Assembly: GCA_963924565.1 (NCBI GenBank)
Contig: OZ004614.1
Span: forward strand, 7,440,001-7,504,000
Length of the DNA stretch: 64,000 nucleotides
Reading direction: 5' to 3'
From: Ascidiella aspersa
Lineage: Eukaryota
Shown here: one piece after another, positions 51,476 through 64,000 of the stretch
Position numbering within the stretch: position 1 is the first letter of the stretch
Layout of the letters: each line of letters opens with the position of its first letter
Notes under the pieces: model-generated
The model's database searches: none
Told to the model about the DNA's origin: nothing
What the model saw: only the letters and a program-made list of their open reading frames with translations
Program-made: the position numbers and the translations under genes

Positions 51476-52747
51476 GTCACCAGGTGCACACCAATTGTTA
51501 AATGGGCACCAATATAGGGTTAAAACAGACTGCTGCATTGAAATTTTTTGGCCGTGCTACTCGCTAAAAACCCTGCAGCGCATATGGGACGGTGACTCGC
51601 AAGCACTTGTAAACAAATTAGTTGGAAATGGCACAAGGCTATAAGGTCAAGTTATTTGCAGTACATAATAATAAGTCGAAGATAATTTAGTGTCATCCAT
51701 GTTTAAAATAATATTGAAAATCGTAAACTTATTGTAGACCAATGGAAATATTTCGGTAAGCAATAGTTTTACGTGTATAAATAAAATAAATACGATTATA
51801 GAGGTAAAAAAATGCGATCCTAAGAAAAATGATATCTCTATAAGTGTTGAATATTTTATTGCCTATTGGTATTTGCTTTTGCATTTGTGGTCGCAACAAA
51901 AAGGGAAATAGATTATTTTATATTTTTGTCATTCAGTTGAACTATAACTTACAGCATAGAAATCGCATTTCATCATGAACGTCCTAGCCTGTGCAACTGC
52001 GCACACCGGAAAGATTTTTTTCACTGCAATTTCCTACGTGGTAATAAACGTATGCGGTTACAAAATTGTACTGCAAAGAGCTGGACGGTTGCAATCTCTC
52101 GAAGCTTAACCAAATTATGCTCCTTTCCTAACGAAACCGATTATTTAGCCAGCGCATGTCATCCGGTGATGCACTCTAAAACCGCAGATTCGGCATTAGT
52201 AGCGCACTTTCAGGGTATTGTAGCGAAATGCACGTCAACAACAATCTGCTGTTCATTATAGGGTACATTAGAAATCACCATAGCTTCCATTTTTCGGCCG
52301 GTTTCTTTTACTTTCTCGCACACAGACATCGATTGTGGCCAGTTCCGCTATTTTTCATTCAAACGCAGCTCGAAAATGAATAAATAACTACTGAGGTATT
52401 AATTAGGCAGACGTACGCGCAAAATGCGACACCACACAGCAAACACCAACCGTCGATGAAAAATATGGCTTTTACATTGACCTAAAAGGCGAAAAATCAT
52501 CAGGCATAGCTAGCAACGAGCGAATTTACAGCGCTGGACAGTTATAATCAGGCAGCGTACAAACTTGCACGAACATAGTGGGTAATGGGTATATTGGCCA
52601 CTATCATATAGTCGGCGTTGGATATTGTGCTTTTCAGCCCTTTGCTTTCACTTTTAACACAGACGCTGTTATAAAAAATAGAGCCCTATTTAAACCATCG
52701 TTTCAATTATGGAGATGAATAAAAAAGTGCCGGTCCTTTTTATAAAC

Positions 52748-53109
52748 CAGCGGTTTCCAAACTTTTTGACCCATGTTTCTTGTAGTACACTAGTGCAGTC
52801 ACTATTCTTTCTAATGTAGCAACTTCCTAACTAATAAATGCGAACGATTCGCTAATAGCAGGTAGTACAGCATAATAGATACTTTATGATGTCACAAGAG
52901 ACATCATAAAACACGCTATAGGGTCGAATAATAAAGCATAACTAAAGACAATAATGATGAAATACAATGCTTAAAACATAGATAGACTCATCTTTAAAAA
53001 CATTCGCTGAGGACTACTGTTGAAAAACAAAACTAATTTTCCCTGCGGACCCTCTGAAACTGCTATACGGACCCCAGTTGGTCCGAGGACCCCGGTTTGT
53101 AAACCGCTG
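52748..53109. mobile_element. hAT (Charlie/Buster-like) MITE with GGACCC repeats
   Basis: CAGCGGTTTCCAAAC / GTTTGTAAACCGCTG; TSD TTATAAAC/TTATAAAT. Confidence 0.87.
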
Positions 53110-53414
53110 TTATAAATGATTGTATATGTTCGTTAGAATCATGTTTTGGTGACTGTCACTCTCTGCTAAGCTTTACTTGAATAATGCAACAGGCGACGCA
53201 GCGTGGAGTTTGCGGCGAAAACTATACGAGAATGAGACACCAGTCAAATGCTGGGGCGGTTCAAATTGCGGTGTACCCGTGTATCGACCGTCCGTATCGT
53301 ATGGCCTGAATCGCAATTTGCTCATGGCTGCAGCACTCGTAGCAACGATGAATTATGGGGCTGGCTCCATTTGTTTTAAATATAGAATTGAAAAACAATC
53401 CTAAAACCATTCCA

Positions 53415-53768
53415 TAGTGTTGTAATTATTTAAGTCATTTACTTGATTTAAGTGCACTTAAGTCACTGTTTTAAATGACTTGACTTAACTTAACTTAAGT
53501 CCTTTGGAATTTGGATAAATGGATTAAATTAAGTGTTTTTTTATTAAAATTTATCTCAAGGTTGCACATTAAACACTTTTATAGATGGTAGCGTTTATGC
53601 TATTTTTAGTTGTTGCCCATAATTAATCGGACGAGTTTTCCAAGTTTAATAGTTCAACAGTATATTTTTATACCAATGATATAATTTCAAATTGACTTGC
53701 TCTCATTATAACTTGACTGGGACTAGACTGGGACTTCGTCATTTCAAACTTACTTGTTTACAACACTG
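53415..53768. mobile_element. Family A MITE, internally deleted
   Basis: TAGTGTTGTAA / TTACAACACTG with perfect 8-bp TSD CCATTCCA. Confidence 0.88.
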
Positions 53769-53904
53769 CCATTCCACGCAATTTTATCCCTGAATAATAC
53801 AGAGATTACCCATTTGTTTGCGCAATTCAACATTGACTTGATTGAGAATTAAGAGGCTTACGCACGCATACGTATTCATTAAATTGTGATAACGGGGTTG
53901 TATG

Positions 53905-54414
53905 CAGAATTGGACAACTAGATTTATTTTAGCTTTTTAAAATTAGATTAGAATTAAAATTAGAGCATTTTAGTTTTTCTAAATTAGATAAGAATTAGAT
54001 TGTTTTAAGTTTTTTCAAATTAGATTAGAATTAGAATTCCTAAAAAAACAAATTTCAACTAAAATTTGAACTAGAATCACATACAACCAATTTAATTGAA
54101 TCGCAAAGCATTCTTATAAGAATGGGAATGGTAAATATGTGTGTGCTAATTTTTAAGCCTTTTGATTCTATTTAGACAGTAAAAATTACATACAACTCGT
54201 TCCAACCAAAGAGTTTTAATTGAAATTCTGTGTTTCAACTGAGTGACTAAAAATGCCGTTGGACAAAGTAGCAGTTTTCGAAAAATCCGAATTAGATTAG
54301 AACTAGAATTAGAGCACACAGGCAATTCATAAATTAGATTAGAATTAGAATTAGCCGCATTTTGCTCTAATTCAATGATTTAGAAAACTAGAATTATTTA
54401 GTTGTCCAAGTCTG
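53905..54414. mobile_element. Family B MITE, inverted relative to the 21141 copy
   Basis: TIR CAGAATTGGACAACTA / TAGTTGTCCAAGTCTG; perfect TSD GTTGTATG; end-to-end similarity to the reverse complement of 21141-21626. Confidence 0.9.
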
Positions 54415-54675
54415 GTTGTATGTTATGGCTCAGGATTATACTGGCGATATCTTTACCTATAGAGTACTAGATAATGATGGTCAAGACAGGTAAAGTTATA
54501 ACCAATTTGTACAACGCTAACGCTGTAATATTGTAACTATTGCTAAACGCTTTCGCATAAAAAGACAAGGGAGTCAATCTCCCAAAATTAAACGTTGTTT
54601 TACAATGGAAAATTTTACGGGAGCGAAACACAATGGCTTTGCAAAAACACAACCGGTGGCAGTTTTTATGATTTA

Positions 54676-55085
54676 AAGTGTTGTAAACAAGTCATTTTTA
54701 AATTACTCGAGTCCCAGTCAAGTCACTTGAAAAATAACTTAGGTCCAAGTGAAGTCTTTTGGAAAAATAAAGTCAAGACCCAGTCCAAGTCATCGGTCGC
54801 CCAAGTTAAGTCCCAGAAGTTAGTGTGAGAGCAAGTCAATTTCAAGTTATTTCATTGACATAAAAGTAAACTGTTAAACTATTAAAATTGGCAAACTCGT
54901 TCGATTATGAGCAAGAATTCAACTAAAAAATGACACAAATGTAATATACAGCAATAAAGGTGTTTTTTAAAGTCAAGTTAATTTGTCCAAATAATATTGT
55001 TATTTTGGTCAAAGGCTTAAGTCACGTCAAGTAATTTGAAAACAGTGACTTAAGTAAGTCAATGACTTTAGTCAATACAACATTG
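54676..55085. mobile_element. Family A MITE, diverged
   Basis: AAGTGTTGTAAACAAGTCA ... ATACAACATTG, colinear with the 16188 copy; no clear TSD. Confidence 0.78.
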
Positions 55086-56358
55086 ATATTCAATCATTTT
55101 TGGATTAGTACGGGAGAAAATTTGTTCGAAGCCACAGCGTCCATATAGGTCGCGGGCAAATCTGGCCAATCGCTGTAAAAATCCAAGTCAATTTCGGGCC
55201 CAAATTCGATAACGCGTTTCGAAAACAAAGGTCGTCGTGAATAATGCACGGACTACCATGTGTCGGCTTTCGGCACCGGATTATCGTCTCGAACACGGCA
55301 CTAACTGGACCTGGTACTTGCATCGGCAGGGAAACCAAGTAAACGTGTGTTATCGCCAATGCTTCGACGCCCCTGTACTGCTGCTGTCTTGAGCGAAATT
55401 TTATCGAAAAAAGAATCGTTTTGAATTATTCATTGCTTCGCCGCCGGACTGTCGAGCCGCAACACCTACAAAGAACCGGATGAAATTTGATTTGCTGTTG
55501 GTTGTGTGGTGCCTAAATGCGAGACTCGATTGTGGAGGTTGATTTTCGGTTTTGAAACCTTATTGAGTCCCAGGAATTCGCGGCTGAAAAACGTCGCAAA
55601 AGAATGGGGTTTCTGTTTTCGTTGTTTTCATCATGGGCAGTGTAATACTGTACGAGTTCACATTTCTTGTGGAATCCGATATGGAAAAATTGAATGCTTT
55701 TAACGAGTAGATTACTGAGAAAAAAATATGTCAGCCACATTGTGTGAAGATTATTTTTTTTTTGGTGGGCGACATAATTTGGTGATTTCTGTTGATAGCT
55801 GTATTCGTCTAATTCTAAATATGAAAATCAGGTGGCACTGTTGAACGACAAATAGTGTTGTATATTTGACAAGCTTTCGCACAATCGTGCTTCATCAGGT
55901 TAGTTAGAGTATGAGTTCTTAAATAAATGCTTTTATAACACAATTAATAGTTCATCATTGCTGAATAATTTCAATAATTTACTGAGAAACAGTTAACCGC
56001 AGCCGAAATGGCTTAAACAGGGGTACGAAAAATAAAAAGGCCAAGTTTTTTTAGAGCCTGCTCCATGGCGTGCAAATACAAATTGCCGAAACGAAACCCG
56101 AAGGAGGGGCTTTATAAAAAGCTCCGTCGCGTGTCAAAATCACCGCTCCATCAAAAGCGAGCAAATCTGGTGTTGTCTTTGCGCATCGACCATCGCTCTG
56201 GGATATTTCGATTTTGTCTCTCTAATGTACGAAGCTTTACCTTCGCAGCAGCCCTGTGACTCGGCCCAAAATTGCAAACTAATCTGTGTGCAAACAGCGG
56301 GCCGGTGCTATTAGACACAATCGCCTGTATCCCTTGGGTCCTCACGTGTACTGTATAT

Positions 56359-56845
56359 CTGTGTTGTAAGACTGAAGTCTTAAATGCACTTAAGTCACTT
56401 TTTCAAATGACTTGACTTTACTTCAGTCTTTTGGGCAAAATGACTTGACTTGACTTAAGTCCTTCCGACTAATGACTTGACTTAAATCTTTGGGACAAAT
56501 GACTTGGGTAAAAATGATGTATTTTCTTTAAGCATTTTGGGTAAAAAACTAAGCTATCTATCCAAATTTTTGCATCTAAAACAATTTGCCTGCTATATCT
56601 TGCCATTTTTTGTGTTTTTTAATTTAGTTACTGTTTATAATCGTACGGCTTTAATCATTCCAATTGTTTAACGTTTCTTTTTTATAACAACGACGTGACT
56701 TGAAATTGACTTGTTCAAATTAAGACTTGACTTGGACTACCGATGACTTACTGGGACTTGACTTGCTATTTATTCAAAAAGACTTGACATTGACTTAAGT
56801 TATTTTACAAATGACTTGACTTTGACTTAAGTCGTTTTAAAATGG
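56359..56845. mobile_element. Family A MITE, right end truncated
   Basis: CTGTGTTGTAA start followed by GACTT repeat blocks matching the reverse complement of the 16188 copy. Confidence 0.78.
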
Positions 56846-59800
56846 TCAGAAAAGAGTTGTTTTTGTTGTTGTACGTCTTCGTGCAAATATTTATCTGAAA
56901 AACTGTACTGTATTACGCTATATTAGCACCAAATTCCATTTACTACGCCAATTTAAGGAAAAATGGCTTCTTAAGTCAAATACTTAGTTAAAAAACTACT
57001 TCAGTCCATATTAATTTTGTAATTATTTTTTTTTATAAACAAAAACAATAATAGGTCAAGATTAGTGAGTTTGTTTTAATATTTATAGGCTAACATTAGT
57101 GATATAGCACATGAGAATATAACAGAACAATCTTGCTCAAAACATGATTTGTGGCAGCTTTACAAATCTTTATAGTCGATTATCTCCGAAGTTGTATTTT
57201 GTGAATTAAGCAGTTTTTAAACTCAGATCTTCAATTACCTTTAGACTTTTTTTTACAAAAAATATTTGGTCGTGGCTGCTGTCTGTCTTCTCCGTTAATT
57301 ACGTAAATCTATACTTTTACTAACTAATTTTTTTCAATTGTATGTCCAACTTTTTTGTAGTCAAAAAGAGTTTGTTGCGAATTAGCACACTTTCGACGAA
57401 ACAACCTTTCTAAAAATTGTAAACTAGAAACTCTTGAGAGTGATCGACGCATACAGAAAAAAAGCTAATACCAGTTTTTAGTATACTTGTACTCGTATTG
57501 GTCTTTCAGCTTCCTTATCACCTAAGCAGGATTTCGCCTGGCAAAACAAAACCTGTGTTCTCTTTCATAGTAAACCTACAGATGCCGCTACGAAAGCATT
57601 TTAAGGTTTACTCTCGTTATCATTCAATTTCTGATCTTACATTCAATACTTTGGAGATATTAAAAGATGAACTTTCGAGCTGCTTGCTTCCCTTAGATTT
57701 GATCGGACGCACACACATAAATTTCCACCATAAATTTAATACGTTATTTAATAAAACGTATATTTTTAAACGCAAAACTTTTAACGCAAAATCGGCATAA
57801 GAGCAACACATCGCCCATAGTATATCGCTCTCGTATGTATACCTGCAAAACGCCACTTTTGAGTACTCGAGCGTGTCGAAATCAATGGGCCACCACGCCT
57901 GACAAAATCTTGGGCTTAACCGCTAAGAGAAACACCGGCAAAACGACAAAATAATTCCTATGCTTCGGTCTGCCGCGAATTCGCTCCGAATCGATTTGTC
58001 ATCGCGGAAGCGTGCCATTCGGTTGCCGCTTCTCGCGAAAATTGCGAGTTCCTGTCGACAGTTTTTCACACCGGATCGGTCCTGCCGCTCTTAATAATTG
58101 ACGATAGAAAATAGGGGCGCGGGGAAAGGCGAACGGGGCGAAAATGATCGACGGCCTGTCATAAGAGGGGTGAAAAAAGCGAGACGGCCTTCTCTTTTTT
58201 CTTTGTTGCGTTTTGGACCGGTTTCACGGCCGGTCGTCGGACACGACGTTGTCATGTTTTATTCATTCGTGTTGCGCGTCCCCGGAACCGAGACAAACGA
58301 GGCGTATATACGAGCGCCTGGCCAATTGATGGTATACATATAACACGGTCATATAGCCATGGCCCTTTAGCGCGTCCGTTGAAATTGAAAAAGACATTCC
58401 GGACATCGTGAGTCAAACTGAATGGAGAAAAGACACGCATTTGAAAGGCAATCAAGGCTGCTTGTCGCTTTAGCGGTTATCGCACTATTCGACATGCGCC
58501 CTTATTTAACTCGATTGCCTTCGATTTTCGATTTGCCGCCATATATCTCCATTTATGCTTTTTCATTCCGGCTAATAGACGCGGACGAACAACAAAATCA
58601 TATCCACGCCGGTCGATAAAATCGATTTGCAACCAAAAATGAATCGTTAAAAACACGCGTCCAAAGCGCATTCTAATACATACGCGAGTTTGCCATAAAA
58701 AGATTCAGCAAATCCATTTCGTTTTTTAGTGTATGGTAACCGATTGGGGTTCTGATCATTCACTACAATCGTTATACGTTTCTTATTTTCAAGCTGTCTT
58801 ATAACTTTACCCAATGAGATCAATTTTTCGCGTAATTAAAAAATCAGGAACAAACACTCAAATAAACGTAATAATAAACTAATTCACGGTAAAAAAAAAT
58901 GCACATATCGGTACGAGAACTTTCTGTCAAAGTTTATATGCAAAACAAAAGTTGTCTAATTAAATAGGTAAATAAACTGTATGTAATCTACAAAATAATT
59001 TTCAATTCATTAGGCTTATTGCTGTATCTTAGGTATAAAACATCGGTTATTGATTGGTTGGCAAAATCATAAAAAATCGATTGTCGGTGACGGTAAAATA
59101 TATATCGGTCAATCTTTATACCTGAGGTGAGCAGCGCGAAGTGATCCACTATCTTGTTATAGTTAACAAGCTGCCTTAACCACCTGCAAAACGCCAATTA
59201 ATAACAAAATGTGCTGCATTATGTTAATTTGCTACTTTCCAAAATTACTGTAAGAAAAGGTATCTAAGGAAACGGCAGTTACAGTTGAACCAGTATAAAA
59301 AGCGACCGCTCAACATACTACATTTTCGTTTTTTGCAGTGTTCCAAAATTACTGCAAGAAAAGGTATCTAAGCAAGGTCACAGTTAAGGCAGTACAAATA
59401 GCGGCCTCCCAACATAATCATACTGCTCTCGTAACGGAAGCCACCGGTGCGATATAGCGCTAAGCACTTGACAATCGAAGAACGTCGGAATTCCGCAGAA
59501 AACGACTGCGTTCACCATCTAAGAGCCTCAACTCGACTGCCATTCCAAAGCCTGGCCACAGAAGCGCCCGTCAATAAATATTTCCTTGCGCGTGATATCT
59601 TTACGGCCTCTCGACCTGACCAAAGCCTCAGTCTAATCGTGGCTCAAGCCCCACTCGACTCAAACAACACCTCCCCCTCTCAAGTTTATGATTCGCCCTT
59701 AAGCCTTACCACTTATGATGGAAGGCGGTGCGGCTGTTTGAATTGCAGAAGCAACACTCCTCCAATATTGGCCCTCGCGTCACTATAGAGAGTTTTTTTT

Positions 59801-60023
59801 TCCGACTATTCATCGCCGATTGTCTCAGGCGAATGGGAAGTATACAATAGTGAAGCTGAGGAATGATCAATATCCGACAGAGAGATCCCTCCCATTGATC
59901 GAATGCAAACTTTAAGTTAACCTTAGCATTTATATTGTGCGAAAGTTTAAAATTTGCGCACCCATTAAAAAAATCTGTTTAACAACAAAAGGGTCAAAAA
60001 GTCATTGAAAGCCAAAGATTTCC

Positions 60024-60234
60024 GGCGATGGTCTAGAATCCTACCACATTTTCGCGCGGGGTTTGTATTTCTAACAATATTGGGGTTCGGGTGAGAGTTA
60101 GCGTTTGGGTTTGGGTGGGTAAAGTATTATTATTACATTTATTCTTACATATTTATGCCTTCCTTGCTATTTCAACTTGGACAACTCGTTTAGTTACTGT
60201 TAAAATAAATGTGGTAGGATTCTAAACCAGCGCC
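60024..60234. mobile_element. GG-terminal MITE; related partial copies at 7860-8058, 15310-15535, 37755-37870, 61790-61820
   Basis: TIR GGCGATGGTCTAGAATCCTACCACATTT / AAATGTGGTAGGATTCTAAACCAGCGCC. It shares the TACTTGACCCACCC..AACGCTAAC core with the other copies. Confidence 0.75.
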
Positions 60235-61399
60235 CCTACCATTTTTATAAATAAGTGCTTTCCTCTTTTATCAATCAGTGCTTTTCTTTTTTTTAAATCA
60301 GTGCTTTTCCTACTTCTTACTAAAATCAGTGCCTTGCATCAACTATTTTTCTGCAAAGTCATCGCTTGCTCAGGATTTGCACCGTCTGGTTTATTTACTC
60401 TAAGCTTTCTGGCAAGCAAGTCGTCGTAATTATAATGCTCGTGAGGCGAAGTAAGACCACACAGGCACAATCCCGTACAGCGCTGTGCAGTTCAATTACG
60501 CCGCGGTTTCTGTGGGAAACTCTCACGACGGCTAATTAACTTCGCCCCTTGCAGGAGTCTAGCGCGCGCAATCTGGCTGCTATACGCCGTTACACTTGCT
60601 CGCTTATGCATTTTTTATCGTGCCAATTTGCCTGGAACTGATGGAAGGCGTTGCTAACTGAAAATGGCAAGTTATCGCGCAACACATATCGCAATCCGGT
60701 CTTTTGAAATCGCGCCAAGAGCACCTGTGTTGAAAGCCTGCAAACATTATAGCTGACTTAATGCTGCTTTACAACGTGAGTTGCCTAAATTCGGTGTCTT
60801 TGTTTGGACACATTACAAGTTTTGGGGTCAGAACTCAGAACTGAGAGTTATACAAAAAAAATGTGAGTTTACTTTACAAGCTGGGGACCATAAAAATAAT
60901 GTAGGTTGTGTAATTAGTAATTACAATCTGGGAACCATAAAAGTAATGTATATGTTGTGTAATTAGTGTCAAAATATAAGCCCTAGTATAGCGTTTCGGT
61001 AAAATAATTTTGCAGCGGCCCGGTACCCGTAAGAAAAAGGTTATTTTCACCTGTCCACCTCAACACCTCATTAAATGTATTTAGCCTATTTCCAGTTGCA
61101 TATCTGCACGAAATCGAACGAAAACTTCAGGTTTCCAAAGGTTACTTGTTTTAAACGTCCCGGTACGACGTAACTTTGTGACGTCATCCATAAAAAAATT
61201 CTAGCGTTCTGATGGTAAAATTATTTTAATTCCACCCCTGGTTACAGCTAACATTTGATTCAATTGGCTTAGCTTTAGTTTTAAACAACCTCACAACTAT
61301 CCTAAATAACGATCGAGTTTATGCTAGATACAAATGTTTTAATAAATATGCTGTTGCTACCAGGCATAGTATATTTCAAATAGGTTCGTCATGTATTTC

Positions 61400-61450
61400 G
61401 TCAACCAACGTTTCGGCTTACTATACGGCAAGCCTTCGTCAGGGACTGAC
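61400..61450 (-). ncRNA. Minimal type I hammerhead ribozyme-like motif (Penelope-like element type)
   Basis: Minus strand reads GUCAGUCC-CUGACGA-A-GGCUUGC-CGUAUA-GUAAGCC-GAAA-CG-UU-GGUUGAC: core CUGANGA and GAAA, 7-bp stem II, palindromic ACGU stem III, UH triplet, and stem I with one bulge. Confidence 0.65.
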
Positions 61451-63139
61451 ACACATAGCCAACAAGACGCAAAATAAAATGACACAAAGAAAAAAGAAAG
61501 AAATATATGCCAGACGAACCTATTTCAAATATATACTAATGTTTTGTTGTCAAAACATTACAGAGAAAACTAATTGTGAAACGTAAATACACTCAAGATT
61601 TCACATCCCTTAAAATACGCCTTATTAATATTGACGACCTATATAGTTTGGGCTACCAATGTAAGCAGTTACCCATACACGCTTTTCCATACACTTCCGA
61701 TTAAAGCCTATCGTGATCCCTCAGTAAATCTATCAATCACGCACATGAAAAGGATTAGCCTGTCAGAACGGAGGTTGCTGTCCGCTGGTAAAGGTAAGAA
61801 ACTTCTAGACCAGCGCCGCCATCTTTAATATTGAACTACAATGTCATGTTTATGCTATATTTACCCGATGGACAGACACTAAAATAATCAACTACATAAC
61901 TCAGCTTAACGATCAGATACATTGCTGATTTTATTTCAACTAAATCTGGTAATCCTGTAACGCAAAAGATTCTGTTACGACGTGCACTAGGCGGTCAGTT
62001 TTAGCCTTCAGTACAAACAGTCCAGGCAAACCAATTGGAGCAGCTTGCACACGACTGGTAGATGCCTAATCTCGCATTTTCTATTGGCGGAAAAACCTTC
62101 TATTGGTGAAAGCGCTCTTGTTACGTAACAAGAAGCCCACTGCTATGTCGAAATCGGGATGAATTCAAAGTCTTTCGTCTCTTTGTGTGACGCATAATAC
62201 CAGTCCAGGTACAACAAAAGAATGGCTGATTATCGAAAGGCTAACATTTTTGAGGGCATTTTCTCGTTTTTGTGTCATCGACTCCTGACAACAACACAAT
62301 AACTACGGTAATTCGACTTTTTAGTGAAAACTAAAAAGTCTTGTCCAACCTGCGCAGAATAGTTGATGGTTTGGTGAGACTAAAAGTTAAGTGAAGAACG
62401 TTTTCTATAATGAAGAAATGTAGTTATTAGGCCTGCTTAATCCTTAATGACCAACAAGTGATTACTTTCATGCTAAACTGCACTTATATAAATATATTTA
62501 GGGCAGCGATCGAAACATATACTGGTCGCCATCTGCAATCTGACAGTCTCCATTTTAAATCCGTTAATAAAGTTTTATTACTTGCAATGTATAGGCTATA
62601 GGTACCTATAGTAGTCACACAGACAAAGGAATAAGAGTGCCTGGCCAAGACTATTGAATTATAGGCCTATCGATGCATAAAACTTATAGTGGAAAATAAT
62701 CAATTTATACGTTACAATTTTTTGATTTTTTACACCCGCCTTTTAAAATATTGTAAATGTTGCACTTAGGTTTAAAAGCCCGCCCGCCAAGTATAACACA
62801 CTTAAAACACGAAGGTTTACCCAAATATTTAGTTTGCCCTCGAAAAGTTACGCTTAGCGTAAACGGATTTAATCTTAAGCAAATGATACACACTGGACTG
62901 AATTCTAGACGCGATATAGGCTCAGTTAAAACAAATGGCTCATAAGCCGATTCACAGTATCAGCCTTGCTATACATTATTTATTATATATACCACGATGT
63001 CACGCTTTACATTAACCATCTCGCGGGTTTATGTTTTCGCACAGGTTTACACAAACGCCCATTTAAAAAATGCGCTAGTCAGTGTTTTCTAGGGAAACAC
63101 ACAATAAGAACTAAAAAGTAATAATACCTAAAAATCTAT

Positions 63140-63700
63140 TAAAAAATTAGTATTAAGACCAACGACATATTAAAGCCAAATACGCAGAAACATCCAGTAC
63201 AGAATAAGATCTAAATCGTCTGAATAAGACCGAAATCTGTCGTAATAAGGCCTAAATTTATCGGAATAAGTCTTAAATTCGTCGGAATAAGGCCTAAATT
63301 CATCTGAAAAAGGCCTAAATGGCCAAAAAAACGCCGGGTACCTGAAGGTAGACGGTATGGAACGATCGTGTGCCGTCGGTCTGGAATTGGCCGTTTTGTT
63401 GTCGACATTGAGATGCCCTAGTTTGACCGGCGTCGTTAGGGCGCCGCTGTTTTGGCACCGGGTTTTTGGCCCTGTTTGGGGTTATTGGTGGGTAAAGGAT
63501 GGGGTTGGAAAGTGGGTTAGGGTTGAAATTATTAGGGGAGTTATTAGTGTACTTTGGAGGGAGGTTTGGTGTTAGGTAACGTGTTGTTTAGGCCTGATTT
63601 TGACCATTTAGGTCTTATTCTGTCGGTTTTAGGACTTACTCCGATTTAGACGGTTGTGCGACTTTTATGTATTAGTCCTATTTTTGTTCTATTCCGAACT
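63140..63700. mobile_element. Foldback-like repeat with 21-bp subterminal repeats; related pieces at 30795-30950 and 33590-33810
   Basis: AATAAGGCCTAAAT-type 21-mers on the left mirrored by ATTTAGGTCTTATT on the right. Core GCGCCGCTGTTTTGGCACCGG is the exact reverse complement of ~33648-33668. Confidence 0.65.
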
Positions 63701-64000
63701 GTGTTTCATTATCACGATGATATTGTTCTAATTTAGGTTGATATTGTTCTAATCTTGGAGTCCTTTTGTAGGTCATGTGCTAAAAAATTTTATTAGCCAA
63801 TTTGGTTTTGGTAAAAACTTTTTTACCGATGACAGCAAAGTTTTAAATAGTTAACCAACGATAAGTATCTATCCAAATTAATTTGTACATTTTCGTCATG
63901 CTTTGCAAACTATAACTCAGCGTTTTTCACTTTAAAATATATTTTGTTAGAAAAAATGGGATTAAACAAATCTAATTTTGTTAGGTTTTTAGTTTAAAAA

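Noticed and set aside
38016-63575. Numerous 60-126 aa ORFs in the right half
   Set aside because: Many begin at TTG/GTG, show no recognisable domain or consistent splice boundaries, and several overlap MITEs.

Overview
AT-rich, intron-rich eukaryotic DNA from an invertebrate animal. An ascidian or similar marine invertebrate is plausible, but that is inference. The ORF track is mostly noise, and the real genes were rebuilt by hand from GT-AG splice sites and reading phase. Three genes lie in tandem on the minus strand: (1) the 5' part of a secreted protein with a signal peptide, an REKR furin-type site and several N-glycosylation sequons (372-2612, 3' end not resolved); (2) a complete 15-exon ribophorin II (RPN2, oligosaccharyltransferase subunit, 633 aa, 7679-16000); (3) an unrecognised 6-coding-exon, 266-aa Pro/Gln/His-rich protein with a basic motif plus amphipathic helix (19006-35013), with uORFs and a CCAAT/CRE promoter near 36.8 kb. 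The last ~27 kb has no exon I can recognise. Introns and intergenic DNA carry many MITEs (several hAT-type families with 8-bp TSDs, and GG-terminal Merlin-like elements), local tandem duplications, and a repeat family with minimal hammerhead-ribozyme motifs of the Penelope-like type. Most interesting: the hammerhead motif at 61400-61450, and a duplicated exon end in gene 3 that differs only at synonymous sites and could combine with an alternative start to give a frame-switching isoform.
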